This document shows, piece after piece, positions 16,261 to 23,026 of a stretch of 32,000 nucleotides of DNA; the first letter of the stretch is position 1, and each line of letters starts with the position of its first letter. The stretch is from positions 182,336 to 214,335 of the forward strand of contig CAKPKR010000001.1 in assembly GCA_934167465.1 (NCBI GenBank), given 5' to 3'. The position numbers were made by a program, and so were the translations under genes. The notes beneath the pieces were generated by a model. The model searched no databases. It was not told the origin of the DNA and was given only the letters and a program-made list of their open reading frames with translations. Source of the DNA: an uncultured Bacilli bacterium (GTDB lineage Bacteria; Bacillota_I; Bacilli_A; RF39; UBA660).

Positions 16261-17124
16261 CTATTTTTCGTATCTTGTAACTATCCCACAAGGCAATATT
16301 AAATTTGAATTTTTTATCGGTAATCCAATTTCATCTGAATAAATTTTTCCTGGGTATTTTTTACCAAGTGTTAATTTTAATATATTATTCATTACTTCCA
16401 TTGATAATCCTGTGGTATAAGAATTTATTATAAAGAATAGCGGATCATCTGATAGTATTTCCATACAAAGCTCTACTAAATTAAATAAATCTTTTTCTAT
16501 ATCCCAAACTTCACCATTGGATCCTCTTCCATAACTTGGGGGGTCCATTATTATAGCATCGTATTTATTTCCTCGTCTAATTTCTCTTTTAACAAATTTT
16601 ACAACATCATCAACTAAATATCTAATTGGTTTATCTTCTAGACCAGATGAAACAACATTTTCTTTAGCCCAATCAACCATTCCTTTTGATGAATCAACAT
16701 GTACTACACTTGCTCCAGCTGATAAACAAGCCACACTTGCTCCACCAGTATAGGCAAATAAATTAAGAACCTTTATTTCTCTATTAGATTCTTTAATTTT
16801 ATTTATCATAAAATCCCAGTTGGCAGCTTGTTCAGGGAACAAACCTGTATGTTTAAATCCCATTTGTTTTATATTGAATGTTAAATCTTTATATTTTACT
16901 TGCCATCTGTCTGGTGTTTTTTTTAGATTTTCCCAATAGCCTCCACCTTTATTACTTCTATGATAATGTGCATTAATATTATCATATTTTTCTAATAAAT
17001 CTCCGTTATTCCATATAATTTGTGGGTCTGGTCTAAGTAGGATAATATTGTTCCATCTTTCTAGTTTTTCACCATTAGATGTATCTAATATTTCATAATT
17101 TTTCCATTCATTACTTACTATCAT
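16261..17124 (-). CDS. Class I SAM-dependent methyltransferase (RlmI/YwbD-like, Methyltrans_SAM type)
   Basis: 287 aa. VLNLFAYTGGASVA is a motif I-like block and IIMDPPSYGRG is a DPP motif IV-like block. Confidence 0.7.
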   Translation of the reverse strand: MIVSNEWKNYEILDTSNGEKLERWNNIILLRPDPQIIWNNGDLLEKYDNINAHYHRSNKGGGYWENLKKTPDRWQVKYKDLTFNIKQMGFKHTGLFPEQAANWDFMINKIKESNREIKVLNLFAYTGGASVACLSAGASVVHVDSSKGMVDWAKENVVSSGLEDKPIRYLVDDVVKFVKREIRRGNKYDAIIMDPPSYGRGSNGEVWDIEKDLFNLVELCMEILSDDPLFFIINSYTTGLSMEVMNNILKLTLGKKYPGKIYSDEIGLPIKNSNLILPCGIVTRYEK

Positions 17125-17565
17125 AAAATCACCTTTTTCATTATATCATATTTAGATGAATTTAAAAACTGGATAAACGAATTATATTTTCTATCTTCCG
17201 TTATGTTTATCTAATTTCTTCTTTTGTTTGATTTTAAATTTTTTTACTTATTACATCTTTACTTTATAATTTACTTTATTATCTTGTTTAATCAATTCGT
17301 GTCGTTGCTTTAAACCTTGTTGAGATTTAGTACCAATTGATTTTTTTTAACTGATTTTTAACAATAATTTTTAACAATAATTTGTATTCTTATTACACTA
17401 CAAATTATTCTAAGAAAAAAGCCAAGTTGTAAAACCTGACTTTGATATGCAAATTATCTTTTTGAGAATTGAGGTAGTCCAGTTTTAAAGGAAAAAAACG
17501 ACTTTTGTTGCCTACCTGTTGCCTACTAAATGATTTTTTCCATATACTAACCGTGTTTTAGTGCA

Positions 17566-17600
17566 ATAAAAAAAGGTAAGGAAATCATTGTCCTTACCTT
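17566..17600 (-). terminator. Rho-independent terminator ending the prophage lysis operon
   Basis: Perfect 10-bp stem AAGGTAAGGA (17573-17582) / TCCTTACCTT (17591-17600), followed by T7 on the minus strand. It lies 10 nt after the endolysin stop. Confidence 0.6.
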
Positions 17601-17610
17601 TATATTTTCA

Positions 17611-18462
17611 TTAAAATAATTTAATATTATCCCAACGAGTTAATCCATTCTGTAAATTTAAATTAACCTGTCTTTGAACTTCATCGTAATTTGAACCTAA
17701 TGCTTTTCTTCTATCAGCACCATTTCCAAAATCACCTCTGATTGTTTTCTTTACTAATGTTAATAACTCATCATTTGAACTATTTGAAGCAGGTGTATTA
17801 CTTGCCATCTTATTATTAACTATTTCTTGAATTGCATTATAATCATATCCAGCATCTGTTAATCTTTGTTTTCTTTCAGGATTGTTTCCCCATTTGCCTT
17901 GAATAACTTCATTTGCAATTTCTTCATTAGACTTACTTGGTGTTGGTGTTGGAACTGGTTCTACATAATGAACATCACCAATAGCAGGATTGACAATGCA
18001 TCCTCTAAAAGTATAACCACTACCTAAGCCCCATCTACCATTTGAATTAGTTCTTACACTATTCCAAAATGCAGTTCTTGAACCATAACCACTTTCTGAT
18101 GTAAGTATTTTATTTGCACCATCTATTCTTTCAACTACTGCAACATGACCTGCACCATCATTTCCACTTAATGTAGCACCTTTTTGCCATACCATAATAC
18201 CACCTAATGTTGGATATGATACAACGGTTAAACCACATTTTTTTGCCCTTTCAATAAAATTTTCAGCATTACAGTTTAAATAAGGATACTTCATGCTACC
18301 TATAATTTCATTAAAACGACCACAGGCATAGCCTACACAGTTAGCAAGTACATTACAACCTGCATCTGTTGGACTACCTTGTATACATTGACTATAACCA
18401 CCTCTTGAAGTAGTATTATAAAATTTATTACCTGCTGATGGTTTACTTGTTCTCATTTCCAT
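17611..18462 (-). CDS. Endolysin: N-terminal CHAP peptidase plus two CW_7 (Cpl-7-type) cell-wall-binding repeats
   Basis: CHAP Cys/His blocks are NCVGYACGRF and GHVAVVE. The C-terminal repeats are IANEVIQGKWGNNPERKQRLTDAGYDYNAIQEIVN and LVKKTIRGDFGNGADRRKALGSNYDEVQRQVN. The best start is ATG 18462 (GGAGGTGA SD). Confidence 0.85.
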   Translation of the reverse strand: MEMRTSKPSAGNKFYNTTSRGGYSQCIQGSPTDAGCNVLANCVGYACGRFNEIIGSMKYPYLNCNAENFIERAKKCGLTVVSYPTLGGIMVWQKGATLSGNDGAGHVAVVERIDGANKILTSESGYGSRTAFWNSVRTNSNGRWGLGSGYTFRGCIVNPAIGDVHYVEPVPTPTPSKSNEEIANEVIQGKWGNNPERKQRLTDAGYDYNAIQEIVNNKMASNTPASNSSNDELLTLVKKTIRGDFGNGADRRKALGSNYDEVQRQVNLNLQNGLTRWDNIKLF

Positions 18463-18598
18463 CTTCACTCACCTCCTCTTGATTTTCGATTGTACAATCT
18501 TCACCATTTACTAACACATCCAATGCATCAGTATTAAAAGTGTCTTGTACTTCCATTTCTTCTTGAACTTCTTCTGTTAATACTTCTTTTTCTTCCAT
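18443..18598 (-). CDS. Small highly acidic hypothetical protein (51 aa) between holin and endolysin
   Basis: The ATG at 18598 is preceded by AAGGAGGT. Translation is MEEKEVLTEEVQEEMEVQDTFNTDALDVLVNGEDCTIENQEEVSEDGNENK. Its end overlaps the endolysin start. Confidence 0.35.
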   Translation of the reverse strand: MEEKEVLTEEVQEEMEVQDTFNTDALDVLVNGEDCTIENQEEVSEDGNENK

Positions 18599-18631
18599 AA
18601 TCTTGACCTCCTTTTGAAGAAAATTTTATAA

Positions 18632-18660
18632 AAAACGAGAATTTTATTTTTTCTCGTTTT
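18632..18660 (-). terminator. Terminator-like hairpin overlapping the holin stop codon
   Basis: Stem AAAACGAGAA (18632-18641) / TTCTCGTTTT (18651-18660), followed by a T-run on the minus strand. It may be a partial or internal terminator within the lysis cassette. Confidence 0.35.
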
Positions 18661-18922
18661 TTGCATTAAAATTACTTAATCCATTAGAACCTAAACTAAT
18701 GGAAATTGATGTTAAAAGATATAAAAATATATCAATAAAACAAAAACTATTCATAACAATATTTGTTATAACTAAAAGAACAAATGATATAAAAAAACTC
18801 CAATATTTTGTTGGAATTTTCTTAACAAACTTTAATTCTTTCGTAAACTCTACTACCATAAATACAATTGATACAAAACTAGCATAAGTTTTTAAAACAT
18901 CCCATGTAAGAAATTGTTCCAT
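18644..18922 (-). CDS. Holin
   Basis: 92 aa with two to three hydrophobic helices and a charged C-terminus (NAKNEKK). It lies upstream of the endolysin. Confidence 0.65.
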   Translation of the reverse strand: MEQFLTWDVLKTYASFVSIVFMVVEFTKELKFVKKIPTKYWSFFISFVLLVITNIVMNSFCFIDIFLYLLTSISISLGSNGLSNFNAKNEKK

Positions 18923-18934
18923 ATTTCATTCCTC

Positions 18935-19219
18935 CTATTTTAATCCTAATTTAAATAATGCATAAGCAAGGATGGCATAAAATAAATAATCTACCAATTT
19001 ATCCCATTTCATTCCTTTGCTTTTATCACTACTTCGCAATTTAGTATCTATTCTTTCAACTGCACTTTCAACTTTTCCCATTCGATAATTCATCTTTTCC
19101 ATTATTGAATATGTTTTTTCCAATTCATCTAACTTTTTATCGTGTTCATCCAGTCGCTTAGTATTAGATTTAGACCTATCAGCAATTTCTTGTATTTTTT
19201 CTATGTATTTATCTTCCAT
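18935..19219 (-). CDS. XhlA-like (hemolysin XhlA family) lysis-associated membrane protein
   Basis: It has a coiled-coil N-terminus (RLDEHDKKLDELEKTYSIMEKM) and a C-terminal TM helix (LVDYLFYAILAYALFKLGL). The likely start is ATG 19219 (GAGGGGAGGAG SD). Confidence 0.6.
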   Translation of the reverse strand: MEDKYIEKIQEIADRSKSNTKRLDEHDKKLDELEKTYSIMEKMNYRMGKVESAVERIDTKLRSSDKSKGMKWDKLVDYLFYAILAYALFKLGLK

Positions 19220-19302
19220 TCTGCTCCTCCCCTCTTTCATACATACGAAAAAAGACAACTATTTTTTGTTGCCTTATTCTCTATATACATTATATCATCA
19301 AT

Positions 19303-20442
19303 TTAATGTGAATTTTGTGAATTATTATTTAAAAACAAATCATTGAATACTTTGTCTAAATTTTTTATACTTTTATAACAATCATATTTTTGAATATTAC
19401 CTTTCCAAGATTTATATTGTTCCTCAATATCATGAAAATCAATCAACCCTTTATCTAATAGATTTTTAAAACTTTTTAGTTTTCTTCTTTCTCTGATAAA
19501 ATTCTTTTTCACAGGTATTCTTACTAAATGCCCAGTATCTGTTAATCTATATTTTATTTTTAAAAAGGTAAAACCCTTATCTAACCTAAATAATTGTGTT
19601 TTCTTATGATTTATAAAAATTCCTTGTTTTTTACAGATTTTATCAATATCATCCAATAAAGATTTTAATTCTTCTTTACTATTTCCAATTATATAGGTAT
19701 CATCCATATATCTTCCATAGAATTTAATACCCTTAACAATTTTACAATAATTATCCATCTTACTTGGATAATAAATTCCTGATATTTGAGATATTTGACT
19801 TCCTATACCTAATGATTTATGCATCATTTTTTCACCTGTTTTTTCAGTTTCTGCCTTAGCATAAGCAAGTGAGTCAAATAATTCATTTTCCGTAATATTA
19901 TAATTGGATATATCAACAGAGAAACTATCAACTAAATGATTTATTAAATTAATAATATCTTTATCATCAATAATCTCTCTGTACATATCCATTAAAGGTT
20001 TATGAAGTATATTATCATAAAACTTACTAAAATCAATAACGAGTGCATATCCTTTATTCCCATATTTCCTATAATATTTATGCAAATGATTTTCTATTCT
20101 TCTTCTAGCAAAATCAATTCCTTTTTTCTTCACACTTGCACCATTATCATGTATTAAATATGGTTCAACTATGGGATTAACTAAATCGCACAAAGCCCTT
20201 TGTACAACTCTATCATAGAAACTTATGGAGCGAACATATCTATCTTTTCCTCTTTCTTTAAGATAAAAGCAATAAAAATCTTGTTGTCTATATGTTTTTT
20301 CTCTTAATTCTAACTGCGTGTGTCTAATATTTTTCAAAAAATTGGCTTCATATTGTTGAACACTATTTTTCCAACTACAACCTTTTTTGGCTTCGTAAAA
20401 ACTATTCATTAAAACATTGGCATTACTTATCTTATTTATCAT
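19303..20442 (-). CDS. Diversity-generating retroelement reverse transcriptase
   Basis: 379 aa. It shows RT motifs including SFYDRVVQRAL, the DGR-diagnostic IGxxxSQ block (LGIGSQISQISG) and the YMDD catalytic box (GRYMDDTYIIG). It has no maturase or endonuclease domains and lies immediately downstream of the TR. Confidence 0.9.
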   Translation of the reverse strand: MINKISNANVLMNSFYEAKKGCSWKNSVQQYEANFLKNIRHTQLELREKTYRQQDFYCFYLKERGKDRYVRSISFYDRVVQRALCDLVNPIVEPYLIHDNGASVKKKGIDFARRRIENHLHKYYRKYGNKGYALVIDFSKFYDNILHKPLMDMYREIIDDKDIINLINHLVDSFSVDISNYNITENELFDSLAYAKAETEKTGEKMMHKSLGIGSQISQISGIYYPSKMDNYCKIVKGIKFYGRYMDDTYIIGNSKEELKSLLDDIDKICKKQGIFINHKKTQLFRLDKGFTFLKIKYRLTDTGHLVRIPVKKNFIRERRKLKSFKNLLDKGLIDFHDIEEQYKSWKGNIQKYDCYKSIKNLDKVFNDLFLNNNSQNSH

Positions 20443-20648
20443 ATTTTGTTCCTAACTCTAATTGACTTATCAAAGAGTATCAAAATATCCATTTGCCTTT
20501 CGGACAGGATAAAGTTTCCTTTTAATTATCGCAACGGTACTTAACCTAATCATTGTGCGAGTTAAAATCAGGGGCGAACACCACCAGTAGCAGAAGCATT
20601 GTTGTTGTTGCTATTACCATTGTTGTTGACATTAGCGAAACAGGAAGC
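20443..20648 (-). ncRNA. DGR template RNA region (TR plus TR-to-RT spacer)
   Basis: This non-coding interval lies between avd and the RT gene and contains the TR. The ~120-nt spacer includes a GNRA-type hairpin TG(T)CC-GAAA-GGCA (plus-strand complement within 20493-20505). The RNA boundaries are not determinable from sequence. Confidence 0.55.
20556..20648 (-). repeat. DGR template repeat (TR)
   Basis: 20568-20648 aligns without gaps to 21285-21365. There are 13 mismatches, all where the minus-strand TR has A, out of 21 TR adenines. All 60 non-A positions are identical. The TR reads ...GCT AAT GTC AAC AAC AAT GGT AAT AGC AAC AAC AAC AAT GCT..., with 9 AAY codons. Confidence 0.9.
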
Positions 20649-20664
20649 CCAGTAAATACAAACT

Positions 20665-21213
20665 TTACCCTTTTTCTTTATCTAATTCTTTAAATATTTT
20701 ATTATCTGATTTTCGCCAACCTTTTAATAACACAATTTCTTTTTCAATGATATCAACATACACCATGTATTTTTCCACATTCGGATGGCATACACAAATT
20801 ATATATTGCATCTCTTGAAGAAGATTTTCACAATTACAAATTGCTTGTGTTTGATAGTTTCTTCGCATATAGTATTCTTCTTTATTGGTTATATGAATTG
20901 TATTTGCTGAACAAATATTTTTCATTAATTCCCTCAATAAATCCATGAAGTAATCTCTTTCTTTATCTATTAGCCAACTTGGAAAATTGTCAATGAAACT
21001 ATTTTTTATATCGTATGCTGACAATATTTCTTCAATTTCAGAAACATCAGCATCAGTCATATCATATACATCTTTTGCAAAATCTAAATTTCTTCTTCTC
21101 GATTTTATTCCAAAATCTTTTAAAAGAAATTCGGTTATCATAAGCCTTAATTTTATAGCATTATGATAAAATTCCATTTTTGATATGTTTCTTTTTCTTT
21201 TCAATACACTCAT
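20665..21213 (-). CDS. avd: Avd-like accessory variability determinant (helical bundle), atypically long
   Basis: It sits between the target gene and the TR, as in canonical DGRs. It is basic and helical, with FYHNAIKLRLMITEFL, ...ICSANTIHITNKEEYYMRRNYQTQAICNCENLLQEMQYI and ...IEKEIVLLKGWRKS. The likely start is ATG 21213 (AGGGAGGA SD), not 21252. Confidence 0.6.
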   Translation of the reverse strand: MSVLKRKRNISKMEFYHNAIKLRLMITEFLLKDFGIKSRRRNLDFAKDVYDMTDADVSEIEEILSAYDIKNSFIDNFPSWLIDKERDYFMDLLRELMKNICSANTIHITNKEEYYMRRNYQTQAICNCENLLQEMQYIICVCHPNVEKYMVYVDIIEKEIVLLKGWRKSDNKIFKELDKEKG

Positions 21214-21242
21214 TATCAATTCCTCCCTCGACATCTTTAACC

Positions 21243-21259
21243 CACCCCACAAGGGGGTG
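21243..21259 (-). promoter_or_regulatory. GC-rich hairpin just downstream of the VR (candidate DGR target-recognition hairpin)
   Basis: The 6-bp all-Watson-Crick stem is CACCCC (21243-21248) / GGGGTG (21254-21259) with a 5-nt loop. It lies 10 nt after the target stop codon and stands out in an otherwise AT-rich region. Confidence 0.5.
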
Positions 21260-21269
21260 TGATTAAAGA

Positions 21270-23012
21270 TTAGTCGATATAAAAGCAGGGGCGAACACCA
21301 CCAGTAGCAGAAGCAAAGTAGCTGGAGCTACCACCATCGTTGCCGACATCAGCGAAACAGGAAGCATTTGTAATATTTCTTAACCAATACCAATAAGACC
21401 TATTTGTAATAAATTCAGGTGCTAATCTAAATAATGGTAATTGACAATTATCACTACCAGTTTCATATCCACTAGATGACCAAACAATAGAACCAAAGAC
21501 TTGAACTTCATTCATTAAATCAACTTTTCTACTATACCATGCCCAGTCATTAGAACAGCCACTATTTATTCCATATCTATTATATCCTGTTGCATTGATA
21601 CCTTTTGTAAGCAAATTTCTAATTTCTATTACATGACTACCAAATACCGGAGTTATATAAGTATCTAATATGCTAGGTAATGTATTTGTATACATCGAAC
21701 TAGCAACATAACCACCAACAGTTGTATTACTAGAATTCATCTGTGCAGTTGTCAAGTGCTTATCAGGAACAATTATTGCATGATGCTTCGTTAATTCGGT
21801 GTCCCCCTTATGTAAGTATACATCAAAACCTGCAATTCGCCAAGTGATATTGTTTTTTACGATATAATCACCTACAAATAAATCTTCAAAACTACCATTT
21901 GAAATTCTAGTAAATAATGAACCATCAGTTAAATAACTCGTTACATTTTTACCTCTAAAAATAGAATTATGATAACCAGCAACAGATTTATTGGTTAAAT
22001 CCTCAAATTTACCACCTGTGGCGATTGTTTTAATATTATCTAATATATTCTTATATGCAGTAGTAAATGAAGCAGTAATGCCATCTAAAATAGATTTATT
22101 GCTATGTGTGTGTCTATTAGCAGTATTGGTATCTAAATTACTTTTGTCAGTAGTGGTAAAACTGGCTGTTGTACCATCTAAAACAGACTTATTTGTATGT
22201 GTATGCCTGTTAGAAGTGTTACTATCAACCTTATTTTTATAATCATTAGTAAAATCATTTGTACTTAAGCCCTTACCACTTGTTTTTTCCTGATAAACAC
22301 CATTTTTTACATTGAAAGTAAGTTTTCCATTAACGGTTTTTAACTCTAATGTTTTACCATCAGCATAATATTCATTGACCAGTTCTGCGACAGGTATTTT
22401 TATTGTGTCATTATTTGCTAATACCAATACTAAATTTTCAGTACTACTATCATAATGTCCACTTTTTATTAACATTTCTAGTGGTAAATCGATTTTTACA
22501 GTAGAATTGTCTTTTTTTGTAAAGGTCAATACACCATTTGTAGCATTATACGACACATCTTTAAATACACCATCCATTGTTGCAAGTGTAGTTTCAATTT
22601 CTTCTTTTAAAGATATAACCTCTGTTATTAAACTATCTAATATTTGATAATTTTCTTCTTGAACAACTTCATCATCCATATCTAATTGACCATCTACAAC
22701 CGATATATTTCCTTTTGCAGTATTTGTCAATCTACTATCACTACCATATAATGCAACACTAAATAAATACTTACCTACTTCATTAAAAGCCATATTTTTT
22801 TCAAATGTTACTTTATTATTTTTTATCTCACTTACAAAATGTAAGCCACTAGGCTTCACCATATAAAACATTGCTTTTGAAAAATCTGTTTTACTTAATT
22901 GAAAATTAAATTCAATTGAATTATAATCACCTTTTACAATTTTTATTTCATCAGATGTTATACTATCACTTTTTTCAAAATTAACTAAAATATCAAATTT
23001 TTTATTTTTCAT
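21270..23012 (-). CDS. Tail fibre / receptor-binding protein, DGR target (BppU-like N-terminus; C-terminal lectin-fold-type variable domain)
   Basis: 580 aa. The N-terminus FDILVNFEKSDSITSDEIKIVKGDYNSIEFNF looks BppU-like. There is a KGLSTNDFTNDYKNKVD fibre motif and two 31-aa NRHTH.NKS.LDG repeats. The C-terminus ends GGVRPCFYID and carries the VR. Confidence 0.85.
   Translation of the reverse strand: MKNKKFDILVNFEKSDSITSDEIKIVKGDYNSIEFNFQLSKTDFSKAMFYMVKPSGLHFVSEIKNNKVTFEKNMAFNEVGKYLFSVALYGSDSRLTNTAKGNISVVDGQLDMDDEVVQEENYQILDSLITEVISLKEEIETTLATMDGVFKDVSYNATNGVLTFTKKDNSTVKIDLPLEMLIKSGHYDSSTENLVLVLANNDTIKIPVAELVNEYYADGKTLELKTVNGKLTFNVKNGVYQEKTSGKGLSTNDFTNDYKNKVDSNTSNRHTHTNKSVLDGTTASFTTTDKSNLDTNTANRHTHSNKSILDGITASFTTAYKNILDNIKTIATGGKFEDLTNKSVAGYHNSIFRGKNVTSYLTDGSLFTRISNGSFEDLFVGDYIVKNNITWRIAGFDVYLHKGDTELTKHHAIIVPDKHLTTAQMNSSNTTVGGYVASSMYTNTLPSILDTYITPVFGSHVIEIRNLLTKGINATGYNRYGINSGCSNDWAWYSRKVDLMNEVQVFGSIVWSSSGYETGSDNCQLPLFRLAPEFITNRSYWYWLRNITNASCFADVGNDGGSSSYFASATGGVRPCFYID
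21273..21365 (-). repeat. DGR variable repeat (VR) at the 3' end of the tail-fibre gene
   Basis: This is the counterpart of the TR (offset +717). It encodes ASCFADVGNDGGSSSYFASATGGVRPCFYID*. The variable codons correspond exactly to TR AAY/A-containing codons. Confidence 0.9.
22038..22223 (-). repeat. Tandem 93-nt (31-aa) repeat inside the tail-fibre gene
   Basis: SNTSNRHTHTNKSVLDGTTASFTTTDKSNLD is followed by TNTANRHTHSNKSILDGITASFTTAYKNILD. The DNA copies are offset by 93 nt (for example ccatctaaaa at 22081 and 22174). Confidence 0.6.
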
Positions 23013-23026
23013 ATCTCATTCCTCCT

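Noticed and set aside
14801-16266. Treating ATAGACAC.../...GTGTCTAT as part of longer IS terminal inverted repeats
   Set aside because: IS3-family ends normally begin TG and end CA, as the inner repeats (14812/16255) do. The outer palindrome contains the stop codons of both neighbouring genes and forms a terminator-like stem once the IS is removed, so it is more likely the target site. This could be settled by looking at other copies of the IS.
19303-20442. Reverse transcriptase as a retron or group II intron RT
   Set aside because: It has no maturase/X or endonuclease domains, and I could not identify an msr/msd-like inverted-repeat structure. It carries the IGxxxSQ motif and is flanked by a TR whose only differences from the fibre-gene VR are at adenines. 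This identifies it as a DGR RT.
20648-20664. Extension of TR/VR homology upstream of GCTTCC (minus strand), towards a more typical 100-130 nt TR
   Set aside because: Sequences upstream of the shared GCTTCC (TR ...ATTTACTGG versus VR ...ATTACAAAT) do not align even when adenine substitutions are allowed. The homology therefore begins abruptly at 20648/21365.
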